Virus record (IMG/VR): IMGVR_UViG_3300013767_000014
Span: 1-45,906 of that record
Length of the DNA: 45,906 nt
From: a virus
Lineage: Duplodnaviria > Caudoviricetes
Reading direction: 5' to 3' (one strand)
Position numbers and translations under genes: made by a program
Notes under the pieces: generated by a model
What the model was told of the DNA's origin: nothing
The model's input: only the letters and a program-made list of their open reading frames with translations
Database searches by the model: none
Shown here: positions 1 through 9,471 of the stretch, in pieces
Layout of the letters: every line of letters begins with the position of its first letter
Position numbering within the stretch: position 1 is the stretch's first letter

Positions 1-308
1 CCGTCTCGGTTCTTCAGGTCAGCGAACATCAACCTGGACAAGACCAGCGTGTCGATAACCCTCTCTCTGTGATAGGTAAACCAGGGATAGAGCTTACTGA
101 TGAGCGGTAAGTCAAACGAGAGGATGTTGTGACCAACCAGTACACCCTGGTCGGCCATCTTCTGCAGGAGCTTGATACCCTCCTCGATGTTCTCGGGAGT
201 GAAGCGTTTGCGCTGTCCTGAGACAGGGTTCTTGATGGTGATGCAGTGGATCTTGGTGGCGTCGTTGAGGAGACCGTTGGACTCCAGATCGAAAATCGAA
301 GTCCTCAT
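1..308 (-). CDS. DNA polymerase family A, N-terminal 3'-5' exonuclease part (continues at the far end of the window)
   Basis: Manual translation from ATG at 308 (RBS GGAG): MRTSIFDLESNGLLNDATKIHC...VGHNILSFDLPLI...IDTLVLSRL, matching T7 gp5 ExoI/ExoII motifs. Confidence 0.93.
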   Translation of the reverse strand, partial: MRTSIFDLESNGLLNDATKIHCITIKNPVSGQRKRFTPENIEEGIKLLQKMADQGVLVGHNILSFDLPLISKLYPWFTYHRERVIDTLVLSRLMFADLKNRD

Positions 309-378
309 TGGTCTCCTTACTTCTGCGGTTGTGGAAAGGTTTCGAGCCAGTCCTTGATGTCGACTCCGGAGACCATAG

Positions 379-510
379 TTATCCTGGGATGTTGGGGATC
401 ATTGGTTTGCGCAAGGTTTCCTGCATCCAGTACTCCCAGTAATTGGGCTCTGGTTGCCACCAGAAAACACAGGACAGCCAAGCGGCTGCAAAGAGGTTGG
501 CTGCGTACAT
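379..510 (-). CDS. Small hypothetical protein (43 aa, Trp-rich)
   Basis: ATG at 510 directly follows the primase stop codon: MYAANLFAAAWLSCVFWWQPEPNYWEYW... Confidence 0.45.
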   Translation of the reverse strand: MYAANLFAAAWLSCVFWWQPEPNYWEYWMQETLRKPMIPNIPG

Positions 511-511
511 G

Positions 512-2110
512 TCAGAACTCGTAAGCTGTTTCGTCAGGTTCGAAGCTGCGTTTGTCGTAAAGCAGCCCGGTGTCTCGGTCGAACCCAAGGAAAATCAGGT
601 GACCTGTGGCGTTACCGGTGTAGCGATCCTTCAGGACACGGAGGGTTGTGGTGCTGCGGATCTCTGGGTCGTCAGCCTGCTGATTACGCTCGAGGCCAAT
701 CATCAGATAGGACCAGAAACCAATCGATCTACTACCCTTGAACTGCGCGATGGTTACTTGGGCACCAGTTTCGTGTGAGCCCTTGTCAGGTGTCGATAGG
801 TGACTGATCAGGTGGACGATGATCCTGAGCTCATTCGCGAGGCCTGCGAGCTCCTTCATGAGCTGCTCCAGGCTTTCGCGTTCACTCGATGTATCGGCCA
901 TGGCAGTCAGGTGATCGATGTAGAAGACACGGATCCCCATGGCGTGAGCCATGTACCGAATTTTCGCCTTCACCGTGGGCCACTCTGTCTCGCCAAACGA
1001 GTTGTAGAGGAACACCTTGCCATCGAGCTCCTGCACAGCTGCAGTCCGCTCCTCCTTCGTCCAGTCGCCTGGTACGTGGAAGCGCTTGCCCTTGAGCTTC
1101 CCTGCGATCCGCGTAACGGTCTCTGTGGGGTTCTGCTCCAGGAACACCAGGCCGACCTGGAGACCCAGCTCGGTGATGTCGTAGGCAATCTGCTGGGTAA
1201 ACAGATCGGTCTTGCCCACCCCAGTCCCAGCGCCGAACGTATAGACCTCACCATAGCGGCGACCATAGGTCACCCTGGTCAGATCCTCCAGGAACCAAGG
1301 GAGCCCCTCCTCGATGGGCTTGTCGATGTCCTCGAGCACGTCACAGACACCCACAATCCCGTCAGGCCGGTACTCCTTGGCGTTCCAGATTGCCTGGATA
1401 ACCTCGGCCCCCTTGCCTGCCTTGAGGCAGTCATTGGCGTCTTTCAAGGGCAAGCTGGCGATCTTGGCCTTACCTGGCGGAAAGAGCTCGGCCACCTCTC
1501 GTGCTGCCTTCTGGCCTGGCTCGTCCATGTCGAACATTAGGACGACCTCTTCGAACTTCTCGAAGAATTCCAGCTGGCGGGCAATGTCACGCTTGGCAGC
1601 TTGGGCCCCATTGGGGACACTGACGGTCGCCCACTTGTTTCCCTGCAGCTGCGAGACAGTCAGCGCATCCACTTCACCCTCAGTGACGACGATCTTCTTG
1701 CCACTGGAGTAGATGTTCTGTCCGAACAGAGGCGGGTGCTTGGCATTGCCGATGAAGTTGAATTTCTTATCGGGACCACGCACCTTGCAGGCGACCACCT
1801 GGCCATCCACAAAGTACGGGTAGAAATGGGCCTTGTTGCCGTTGAATTCACCCACACGGACACCGAAGTGTCTGCAGGTTTCCTCGGAGATTTGACGCGC
1901 AGGGAGACCCTGTACCTGGGCCTCTTGATACTCGGCCAGATCGGCACTCATAGGTTTCCTCTTACGGGGGGTTGTTGCTTGACCATCTGCCGGGTCGTAG
2001 TGACCGCAGCCAAAGCAGTAGCCGTGCCCGTCTGAGTACCTCGCCAGGTTGTCTCGAGATCCACACCACGGGCACGGTTCATGCCGCAGGAGTGTGGATT
2101 CCTCGGTCAT
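512..2110 (-). CDS. DNA primase-helicase (T7 gp4-like)
   Basis: Zn finger CPWC...CFGC, TOPRIM motifs TEGEVD and FDMDEPG, Walker A GAGTGVGKT, IDHL and FKGSRSI. Confidence 0.97.
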   Translation of the reverse strand: MTEESTLLRHEPCPWCGSRDNLARYSDGHGYCFGCGHYDPADGQATTPRKRKPMSADLAEYQEAQVQGLPARQISEETCRHFGVRVGEFNGNKAHFYPYFVDGQVVACKVRGPDKKFNFIGNAKHPPLFGQNIYSSGKKIVVTEGEVDALTVSQLQGNKWATVSVPNGAQAAKRDIARQLEFFEKFEEVVLMFDMDEPGQKAAREVAELFPPGKAKIASLPLKDANDCLKAGKGAEVIQAIWNAKEYRPDGIVGVCDVLEDIDKPIEEGLPWFLEDLTRVTYGRRYGEVYTFGAGTGVGKTDLFTQQIAYDITELGLQVGLVFLEQNPTETVTRIAGKLKGKRFHVPGDWTKEERTAAVQELDGKVFLYNSFGETEWPTVKAKIRYMAHAMGIRVFYIDHLTAMADTSSERESLEQLMKELAGLANELRIIVHLISHLSTPDKGSHETGAQVTIAQFKGSRSIGFWSYLMIGLERNQQADDPEIRSTTTLRVLKDRYTGNATGHLIFLGFDRDTGLLYDKRSFEPDETAYEF

Positions 2111-2772
2111 TTCATTAAGGCTTCCCAGCTGTAGGGGAACAGGCCGAACATCGCAGCGTTGATACCTTCAGCCACATCGCGGCATTCCTTCTGCGCATGC
2201 GTATCCAGGCGCTGCTGGCACACACGAGCGAAAGCCATCAGGGATCCGCTCCAGACCCATTCGGTCATCGTGTTGAGCGGGAGCACCATGCGTGCTTGCT
2301 CGGGTGCTACACCCTTCTCCAGGAGCTCGTTGTAGATCGATACGGCATAGCCAACAAAGCGCTCGATGCCGAACAGGCAGTCTGCTTCAGTCCACAGCGC
2401 CAGGCCACCCTCTACGGACCCTTGTTTGATGTTCGCGGGTCGCGTACGGAGACCGTCAGGCATGTAGAACTCAGGCTCGCTGTCGACGTAGCGGCGGCTC
2501 ACCTCGTTCCAGCTCAGGCCAACCTGGTGCTTCACCAGCTGGCGAGCAACGAAAATGGGGGCCTTGATGCGGAACTGAGCGAAGCAGTGTGCGAACGGAG
2601 ACCAGTGGCCATGCTCGGCCAGGTAGTTGATCAGCTTCTGATCCTTCTCCTGGAGATCCCCGTGGGAATCCAGGCGGCTCTCCTTGTCGAACGAGACGCG
2701 AGCCACGTTGGCAACGTCCAGGTCATCCCCCATGAAGCTGAGGAGCTTTACCGAGATCGGAGATACCTTCAT
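2107..2772 (-). CDS. thyX: Flavin-dependent thymidylate synthase
   Basis: VARVSF, GHWSPF, PIFVARQLVKHQ...SWNEVSRRY, PEQARMVLP and HAQKE motifs. Confidence 0.95.
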   Translation of the reverse strand: MKVSPISVKLLSFMGDDLDVANVARVSFDKESRLDSHGDLQEKDQKLINYLAEHGHWSPFAHCFAQFRIKAPIFVARQLVKHQVGLSWNEVSRRYVDSEPEFYMPDGLRTRPANIKQGSVEGGLALWTEADCLFGIERFVGYAVSIYNELLEKGVAPEQARMVLPLNTMTEWVWSGSLMAFARVCQQRLDTHAQKECRDVAEGINAAMFGLFPYSWEALMK

Positions 2773-2978
2773 GCAATATTTCCCATCAGGAAGTAGCGCT
2801 TGTACCGTTGACGGGTCGTCGGGTGGAAGCGGTCGAATCCCTCGATGAGGTACCCTTTTTTACGCAGCTCGCTGATACGCTTGGTCAGGGACTGGATCGA
2901 GTAGTCCATCAGCGCCTCACGCTGGGTGATCGAGCCTGCGTGGCGCAGGTGCTTCAGAATCAGTTGGTTCTGTGTCAT
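2769..2978 (-). CDS. Small winged-HTH DNA-binding protein
   Basis: MTQNQLILKHLRHAGSITQREALMDYSIQSLTKRISELRKKGY is a typical phage wHTH pattern. It overlaps its neighbours by ATGA. Confidence 0.8.
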   Translation of the reverse strand: MTQNQLILKHLRHAGSITQREALMDYSIQSLTKRISELRKKGYLIEGFDRFHPTTRQRYKRYFLMGNIA

Positions 2979-3376
2979 TCGTCTAACCATTCAGATGGAA
3001 TGAGCTTGTCGGCGTACTTGAACCCGTGCTTCTTGCACCAGTCGGCGTACGTTGTTTTGGAGCCCTTGTAGAGCGGGGAGGAACTGCGGGAGAAGACAAA
3101 GCGGATGTCGAAGCCTGGGTAGGCCTTCTGGATCGCAAGGTGCTTACTGCGAGCTGCAGAATCGAAGAGACCTTTGCCTTCGACAATGATCCCGTTGGGG
3201 AGATGAAAATCAGGGGTGTACGAATGGTCGACCGTGTAGGTCAGCTTGAGCTTCTCGTAGTGGTACTCGACCCCTGCTTCTTCGAGCTGCGCGGCGATCC
3301 GATCTTCGAGACCACTGCGCAGTTTTCGCTTTACCTTGATGCCGTGGTTCTTCTTAGAAATCCACGTCTTGGTCAT
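2975..3376 (-). CDS. Endonuclease I / Holliday junction resolvase (T7 gp3-like)
   Basis: RSGLED, YTPDF, EGKG, DIRFVF, TTYADWC and KLIPSEWL motifs. Start re-called at ATG 3376. Confidence 0.95.
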   Translation of the reverse strand: MTKTWISKKNHGIKVKRKLRSGLEDRIAAQLEEAGVEYHYEKLKLTYTVDHSYTPDFHLPNGIIVEGKGLFDSAARSKHLAIQKAYPGFDIRFVFSRSSSPLYKGSKTTYADWCKKHGFKYADKLIPSEWLDE

Positions 3377-3932
3377 CGGTGTCCTGTTGCCCGAACGAGT
3401 CGTCGGCATTCGAGCGCACGTCTTCAGCCTCGTAGCCATCCTCGTCATCGTCAGCTTCCCAGCCACCACCACCGAACTCCTCCAGGCGGATGACCTGGAC
3501 TTCGTTCAGGTACGTATTGACGCCACCACCAAAGCCCTCGTAGTGCGAGAACGCACCCTTGACGCGGATGGTCGAACCACCACCAACACGCAGGTTCGCG
3601 TCCTTGATCGGGTTGCCTTTGGCGTCGAACAGCTTCGGCTTCTTCTTGGTCTTGAACGTGAAGGTGACCGTGTCGTCTTCATCGTTGACTTCGAACGGCA
3701 TCTTCAGATCGTCCAGCTGCTTCAGCTTGGTCGGCTTCTTGCCTTTCACCGGGGCATTGAGCGCCTCGAGCAGAGCCTCACCTTCTTCGTGGGCCATCGC
3801 AATCAGCGGCTCGGCTTCCTTAGAGGTCAGCGTAATGCTGGTCTTGTAGACACCGTCAGCATTGAATTTCGTGTCAGGCTTGGTCAGGTTGGAATAACCT
3901 GCAGGGCCCTTGGGGGTCGTGAAGTACTTCAT
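3354..3932 (-). CDS. Single-stranded DNA-binding protein (T7 gp2.5-like)
   Basis: FTTPKG...LTKPD.KF...GVYK, VGGGS and VQVI motifs, with an acidic tail ending DVDF. Start re-called at 3932. Confidence 0.93.
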   Translation of the reverse strand: MKYFTTPKGPAGYSNLTKPDTKFNADGVYKTSITLTSKEAEPLIAMAHEEGEALLEALNAPVKGKKPTKLKQLDDLKMPFEVNDEDDTVTFTFKTKKKPKLFDAKGNPIKDANLRVGGGSTIRVKGAFSHYEGFGGGVNTYLNEVQVIRLEEFGGGGWEADDDEDGYEAEDVRSNADDSFGQQDTDDQDVDF

Positions 3933-4090
3933 GTGAATTCGTAGTAGTCGTAGGTCAGGTCTTCCTCCAGCTCCTCTGCTTCCCATTCGGGGAGATAGGC
4001 GTATGCGGTCAGCATCAGGTCACCAGCTCGGGCGACGTTGCCGCATTCAAGTGCGATGGCAATCTGGTTGTAGAAGTCGTTGTAGGTCAT
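3929..4090 (-). CDS. Small acidic hypothetical protein (53 aa)
   Basis: Manual ORF MTYNDFYNQIAIALECG...EWEAEELEEDLTYDYYEFT with ATGA overlaps on both sides. Confidence 0.65.
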   Translation of the reverse strand: MTYNDFYNQIAIALECGNVARAGDLMLTAYAYLPEWEAEELEEDLTYDYYEFT

Positions 4091-4233
4091 TTGCTTTTAT
4101 TGGCTCGGTGCCGGTCCTGGGCAGTCTTGCCCGGACGAGCCACACCGGTATGCGCAATGCAGTTGGCATGCGTACGGGCGAACTTGCCCATCGCCTGCTT
4201 CTGCTGCGGCGTCATGAAGTCTCTGCGTTGCAT
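4087..4233 (-). CDS. Small basic hypothetical protein (48 aa)
   Basis: Manual ORF MQRRDFMTPQQKQAMGKFARTH... with RBS CAGGA; first gene after the 4282-4302 promoter. Confidence 0.6.
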   Translation of the reverse strand: MQRRDFMTPQQKQAMGKFARTHANCIAHTGVARPGKTAQDRHRANKSK

Positions 4234-4250
4234 TGGGTTCCTGTGGATGT

Positions 4251-4280
4251 GAAAAAGCCCGCAACGCGGCGGGCCTTCTT
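4251..4280 (-). terminator. Rho-independent terminator downstream of the RNAP gene
   Basis: GCCCGC-CGCGTT-GCGGGC stem followed by TTTTT on the minus strand. Confidence 0.75.
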
Positions 4281-4281
4281 T

Positions 4282-4302
4282 CTAAAGGACGTAAGTCTTG
4301 CA
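4282..4302 (-). promoter_or_regulatory. Putative phage RNAP promoter, copy 1
   Basis: TGCAAGACTTACGTCCTTTAG, 20/21 identical to the copies at 6852 and 7006; lies upstream of the replication genes. Confidence 0.75.
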
Positions 4303-4316
4303 GCGATCACGTCAAA

Positions 4317-6836
4317 TCACGCGAACGCGTACTTCGAGTCGATGATTTGTGCCAGGTCTAGGGTGCCTTTGACAGGTAGCGACAATTTACGCAGCGCTTT
4401 CAGAGATCTCTCGATGCCCTTCAGGGTCGCGGCGTTTTGGCTCTCAGCTGCCTTCTTCATCAAGGCACCCACTGCGTTGTCGAAGACCTCCTGCAGGGGT
4501 TCATTGTTCGTGTACATGTTGACGAACGTCTCACGCACGATCCGGCCGAAGCGCCCCATCTGCGATGGGAGACACGCGAACGAATCGTGGATCAGGAGAA
4601 AGTCGTTGATGCCTGCTTCTTTCGACGCCAGCACCACGGACATCAGATGCGCGGAGTCAAGCGAGTGGACGAAGTTAGGCGCGATGCCGTTGCGTTGCTT
4701 GTGGACCAGGAGATCACGACTGAAGCCTGTGATGAGAGTCGGATCGAATCGCACGGGGATGTTGAGGGCGCGATTCCACAACACACTCTTTACCTGCTTG
4801 ACGTTCGGTTTGTAATACGCGTTGACCACCGGCAGACCCATACACGTAGTCCATGCCACCGGCAGGTTCTCCTTGGCCAGGATCCCTGCGATGTCCTGCA
4901 GGAACTTCATGGCATCACTTGCAGCTCGTACGGTCTGACGTACCGCAGTGTTGATGTGCTTGGCCAGGTAGAGGCAGGCAGGCTTCTGCAGCTCCCAGGT
5001 ATCCCCGAAGATCGGACGACCCTTGTCGGTGTCCACGATGTCCTCGAGCAGCTGGTCGGCAAAGCCAGACTGCTTGGAACCGTACACAAACGTCATGGTG
5101 GCTCGTTTGGCTACCTTGCGGTCGATACCATAGGCCAACCACATCCGAGCGAACCTAGCGGCCTCCTCGTCGTCCCCAGAGGCATCCGCTTGCACCAGGG
5201 GAAACACAATGCTGGCCACCTCGGCATACACGTCTGCAGGTTTCTCACCAGGCACCAGGTTCACGAAGGAACCACCGTGGCTGTCGCGCAGGAGCGCCGA
5301 GAAGTGTTGCAGACCACTGCAGCTGCCATCGATGGCCACGGGGATATGGCACAGGCTCGTGTTGTCGCGGAAGTAGTCGTACAGCGCGAAGCATGCGGCC
5401 AGGAAACAGAACGGACTGTCTGCGTCGCTCCAGTTATGCAGCTGCCCGATGGGGTCTTGGGCAATCTCCATGATGTTGTCGAGACGTGCATCAGTCCAGG
5501 CCACACGGTCAGCCTCGGGCATCTTGTCGACAGGTACGCCATTGACCTTGAATGCACCGGTCGTCGCGATGTGCCACTTGAGCCAGTAGACGCCCTCCTC
5601 CGTCAGCACCTCACCACGCGCCAGGTCGTACAGACCCTTACAGAAGTCGGCACGCTGGTGATTAAAGCCTGGCTTCGCATACACACGACCACGCCAGTCG
5701 AGCTGGTGGGGTTGGTAGAAATCCTTGCCCACGTAGATGACTGCCTCGTTGATCGCGGCCTGTACTGCCAGGCGTTTGGCGCGGATCTTGTCGTTGTCCT
5801 TACGGATGTTGCGCTTGGTCTCCTTGTCGGCCCCCTCGGGGATTGGCTTCTTGAACCCTGGCACCTTGCCCACAGGGATCCCGTTGTCGAAGACGTAGAC
5901 CAGGGCCTGCAGGACACGCTCATTGATCCGCAGGGGGACGTCCTGGATGGCATTGAGTGCCTGGACAAACGGGACATCGTTCTGCGCGGCCTGGTCGATC
6001 TGGGCCTTGATCTCCTTGTGGGTGACGGTCGACAGTGGCACCGTTTTGGCCACACGCTGGTCCGTGTAGGCACCAGTGTTGAAGCTCGACCAGGGAACCG
6101 GACGGACCACCATGGGTTGGTAGACCGGATGCATCCACTGTTGGATCTCCTTGGTGGTCTCCATGCGCTGCAGTGCCTCGTCCGTAAAATGCAGCGTACG
6201 GTAGCCTTCCTCGTTGAACTGGACGACAAATTCATCATTCGCTGCTGCCGCCATCTGCACGTTGAACAGGTTGGTACTGTTCAGGACCATGTTGATGAGC
6301 TGCAGACCGATCACCAGGTGCTCCTCAATTTCCATGACGAGCTCACCCTTGGCAGCGAGGAGATCCTTGGCCTGCTGTTCGCGGGCCTTTACGGTCTGAC
6401 AGCGCCGCTTGGCGATCTTGTCGAACGCTTCCTTGTCGTTGTTGCGGACAGCTGTCGCAGCCATCTCGATCTCAACATCCACACCCACATGCACAGCCAG
6501 GGTCGTGAGATCCATCTCGTTCGCCGCACCGTTGAAGCAGTGCTTGAGAGCGATAGCGGCCAGGAGCTGGTGGTCGACATCAGTCATAGCTTTCGCATGC
6601 GGTGCCGGGTAGGCAGGCCAGGTCTTCAGCGACTCCTCGAGGTGCGAGATGTTGACCGCCGTCAGCACCTTACCGAACGCACCCTGGAACAGGGAATCCT
6701 GGGCCTTGGTCAGGTCGCCTTCGTTCGCTGCGCGTTCCTGGATGTCGATGTAGCGGGTAACGCCCTTCTCCAGCATGCGCTGCTCCAGGGCAGCTTGGGT
6801 CTCGAAGGCTACTGCAAGGTTGGTCAGTGGGTTCAC
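4317..6836 (-). CDS. Single-subunit DNA-dependent RNA polymerase (T7-like)
   Basis: LDWRGRVY, DGSCSGLQHF, RKVAKRATMTFVYGS, PNFVHSLD and IHDSF motifs; 839 aa. Confidence 0.98.
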   Translation of the reverse strand: MNPLTNLAVAFETQAALEQRMLEKGVTRYIDIQERAANEGDLTKAQDSLFQGAFGKVLTAVNISHLEESLKTWPAYPAPHAKAMTDVDHQLLAAIALKHCFNGAANEMDLTTLAVHVGVDVEIEMAATAVRNNDKEAFDKIAKRRCQTVKAREQQAKDLLAAKGELVMEIEEHLVIGLQLINMVLNSTNLFNVQMAAAANDEFVVQFNEEGYRTLHFTDEALQRMETTKEIQQWMHPVYQPMVVRPVPWSSFNTGAYTDQRVAKTVPLSTVTHKEIKAQIDQAAQNDVPFVQALNAIQDVPLRINERVLQALVYVFDNGIPVGKVPGFKKPIPEGADKETKRNIRKDNDKIRAKRLAVQAAINEAVIYVGKDFYQPHQLDWRGRVYAKPGFNHQRADFCKGLYDLARGEVLTEEGVYWLKWHIATTGAFKVNGVPVDKMPEADRVAWTDARLDNIMEIAQDPIGQLHNWSDADSPFCFLAACFALYDYFRDNTSLCHIPVAIDGSCSGLQHFSALLRDSHGGSFVNLVPGEKPADVYAEVASIVFPLVQADASGDDEEAARFARMWLAYGIDRKVAKRATMTFVYGSKQSGFADQLLEDIVDTDKGRPIFGDTWELQKPACLYLAKHINTAVRQTVRAASDAMKFLQDIAGILAKENLPVAWTTCMGLPVVNAYYKPNVKQVKSVLWNRALNIPVRFDPTLITGFSRDLLVHKQRNGIAPNFVHSLDSAHLMSVVLASKEAGINDFLLIHDSFACLPSQMGRFGRIVRETFVNMYTNNEPLQEVFDNAVGALMKKAAESQNAATLKGIERSLKALRKLSLPVKGTLDLAQIIDSKYAFA

Positions 6837-6851
6837 GGTGGCTCCTGTTTG

Positions 6852-6872
6852 CTAAAGGACGTAAGGCTTGCA
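6852..6872 (-). promoter_or_regulatory. Putative phage RNAP promoter, copy 2 (directly upstream of the RNAP gene)
   Basis: TGCAAGCCTTACGTCCTTTAG on the minus strand, followed by the RBS ACAGGAG. Confidence 0.7.
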
Positions 6873-6886
6873 TCAAGCACTTTTTT

Positions 6887-6941
6887 TAGGACGTTCCTGC
6901 AAGGAGCACGCATCGTATAGGAGTCTCCTAAAACAAATCAA
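6887..6941 (-). promoter_or_regulatory. Sigma70 promoter of the RNAP gene with two palindromic operators
   Basis: TTGATT-18 bp-TACGAT, with TAGGAGTCTCCTA (6918-6930) in the spacer and TAGGACGTTCCTG (6887-6899) downstream. Confidence 0.65.
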
Positions 6942-7005
6942 CGACTGTTACACAGTGATGTAGACGTCATACCGCGGCATGTTTTTAGAGACGAAAAGTG
7001 ACTAT

Positions 7006-7026
7006 TGCAAGCCTTACGTCCTTTAG
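7006..7026 (+). promoter_or_regulatory. Putative phage RNAP promoter, copy 3 (rightward)
   Basis: TGCAAGCCTTACGTCCTTTAG followed by AAAGAAG, as in copy 1. Confidence 0.75.
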
Positions 7027-7336
7027 AAAGAAGACCCACCTTTTTAGACGAGAGAATACAACCCCACTAAGGGGGTAGGGGGTACCATAGGATTCTATGG
7101 GTTTCCTAAAGGGTCTCTTACAGACACTAAGACACACCATAGACCTGTATTAGGTTGTATGTTTGTGTGTTGTACAAGATATAACCATAGTGAATCCTAA
7201 GGATTCCTTGAGATCACACACATCGATACATCAGGATGCACGACTGTACGAAGCACGATAGACATGTACACGCTCTGCTGCCCTGCCCGTGGTCTCAGGG
7301 AACCCTTAGGGTTCAATCCATCAACAACGAGAGAGC

Positions 7337-9328
7337 ATGTCCCAACCGAGCCTTCGGGCCCAACTAATCACCAGGCGCACCTACAACCGACCTAAGGATG
7401 CTGCCGGTACCAAATTCGAATCCTGGCCAGAGACGGTCGACCGCGTCATCAGTCATCAACGGTGGCTGTGGGAACGTGCCGTGAAGGCCAAGGGCCAGCA
7501 TGAGACGGTCTATGACGAGCTCCAACGAGAACAGGAGCTGGAGGAGCTCAGGCAGCTGATGCTGGAGCGTAAGGTGTCCCTGAGTGGCCGTACGCTGTGG
7601 CTCGGTGGCACTGAGGTCAGCAAGCGTCGTGAAAGTTCTATGTTCAACTGCAGCTTTCTCGAGATCCGCTCTGTGCCGGATATCGTGGATGCGATCTGGC
7701 TATTGCTCCAGGGCTGCGGTGTTGGCTTTACGCCCATCGTAGGGCAGCTCACAGGGTTCTCTAAGCGGATCCCTGAGCTGGAGATCATCCGGTCCACCAG
7801 GACGAAGAAGGGTGGCAACGAACACAACGTAGAGAGCTTCGAGAATGGAGTCTGGACGATCAAGGTGGGTGACTCAGCTGAAGCCTGGGCCAAAGCAATC
7901 GGTAAGCTGGCCGCTCATCCATTTCCCGCCCATAAACTTGTATTCGATACCTCCGAGGTACGACCGGCTGGCGAACGCCTTGCAGGGTATGGTTGGATAT
8001 CCTCTGGAGATGCTGCATTCGTCAAGGCAGTACGAGCGATCTTTGACATCCTCAATCGACGTGCAGGATCTCTCCTCACCAGGATTGATATCCTCGATGT
8101 CGTCAACTGGTTGGGCACCATCCTATCGTCTCGTCGCAGCGCAGAGATAGCGCTCTTCGAGTATGGCCAGGACGAGTGGGCCGAGTTTGCAGTAGCCAAG
8201 CGTAACTGGTGGGATGGCAACGTCCAACGGGCTCAGTCGAACAACTCCCTGCTCTTCAAGACCAAACCAAAGCGTGACGAGCTGCAGCACATTTTCGATC
8301 TGATGGTCGAGGCTGGTGGTAGTGAGCCAGGCTTCGTCAACGGTGAAGCTGCTGTGCGTCGTGCCCCGTGGTTCAAGGGCGTAAACCCCTGCTGCGAGAT
8401 CCTCTTGGGCAGTGCCAGCGTATGCAACTTGTGTGAGCTCGACATTGGTAAGTTTCTTGGTGATTCCGCAGGATTGCGCCGCGCAATTGAGGTTGCAGCT
8501 CGTGCTAACTATCGACAGACATGTGTCGACTTCCGTGATGGAATCCTTCAGGAAGCTTGGCATCGCAATAACGCTTTTCTACGCCTTTGTGGCGTGGGTC
8601 TCACTGGTATTGTTCGTAGGCCTGATCTTAAGCCTTACGACTATGCTGAACTTCGTCGTACAGCGACTACTGCTGCGTATGCGATGGCTGATGAGCTGGA
8701 CCTCCCGCGTCCGAAAAACATCACCACGGTAAAACCTAGCGGTACCCTGTCGAAGATTTTCGATACCACCGAGGGGATGCACAAGCCCCTGGGCCGGTAC
8801 ATCTTCAACAACGTCAACTTCAGCCGCTTCGATCCGATCGTTCCGCTGTGTCGCTCTGCTGGCTACAAGGTCGTGCAGAATCCGACTGATGCTGAATCGG
8901 TGCTGATCACGCTCCCAGTCAAATGGGACGATGTACCCTTCTCCAAGCTCGTTAAGAACGGCCAGGAGCTCGAGGTCAACATGGAGAGTGCCATCGACCA
9001 GCTCGAGCGGTACAAGATGCTCCAGACCCATTGGTGCGATCAGAACGTGAGCTCGACCATCAGTTACTCGGTGGATGAGATCCCGGAGATCATCGATTGG
9101 CTCCTGGACAACTGGGACAGCTATGTCGGTGTGTCGTTTCTCTACAGGGCTGACCCGACCAAGTCGGCTCAAGACCTGGGTTACCTCTATCTGCCCCAGG
9201 AGGTGGTAACGAAGGAGACCTATGACGCGTATGTCGCCAACCTGCAGCCGATTGAGATCGACCAGGCTAACGACATCGATGCCGAGCTCGAAGACGATTG
9301 CACCAGCGGTGCCTGTCCGATTCGATAA
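7337..9328 (+). CDS. nrdJ: Class II (B12-dependent, monomeric RTPR-type) ribonucleotide reductase
   Basis: RRTYNR, GRTLWLGG, FNCSF, GCGVGF, NPCCEI, CNL, TTVKPSGT and C-terminal CTSGACPIR motifs. Confidence 0.93.
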   Translation: MSQPSLRAQLITRRTYNRPKDAAGTKFESWPETVDRVISHQRWLWERAVKAKGQHETVYDELQREQELEELRQLMLERKVSLSGRTLWLGGTEVSKRRESSMFNCSFLEIRSVPDIVDAIWLLLQGCGVGFTPIVGQLTGFSKRIPELEIIRSTRTKKGGNEHNVESFENGVWTIKVGDSAEAWAKAIGKLAAHPFPAHKLVFDTSEVRPAGERLAGYGWISSGDAAFVKAVRAIFDILNRRAGSLLTRIDILDVVNWLGTILSSRRSAEIALFEYGQDEWAEFAVAKRNWWDGNVQRAQSNNSLLFKTKPKRDELQHIFDLMVEAGGSEPGFVNGEAAVRRAPWFKGVNPCCEILLGSASVCNLCELDIGKFLGDSAGLRRAIEVAARANYRQTCVDFRDGILQEAWHRNNAFLRLCGVGLTGIVRRPDLKPYDYAELRRTATTAAYAMADELDLPRPKNITTVKPSGTLSKIFDTTEGMHKPLGRYIFNNVNFSRFDPIVPLCRSAGYKVVQNPTDAESVLITLPVKWDDVPFSKLVKNGQELEVNMESAIDQLERYKMLQTHWCDQNVSSTISYSVDEIPEIIDWLLDNWDSYVGVSFLYRADPTKSAQDLGYLYLPQEVVTKETYDAYVANLQPIEIDQANDIDAELEDDCTSGACPIR

Positions 9329-9471
9329 GAAGTCCGTGCAAAGGCTCGCGTAATAGCCTTGGAGCTGACCCAGTGCTTTTCGTAAGAAACTGGGGGCCCA
9401 CCCCCGTGGCTTAGGGGGCCCTCAAATCCCTGGTGCAATGCCAGGGTCTCAACGCCTCACCATAAGGAGGC

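Noticed and set aside
4437-6920. 827-aa plus-strand ORF
   Set aside because: Antisense shadow of the RNAP gene caused by codon bias; it has no recognisable motifs.
7027-7336. Cobalamin riboswitch upstream of the B12-dependent RNR
   Set aside because: Fragments such as CAGGGAA and CTGCCC are present, but not in the conserved order or structure.
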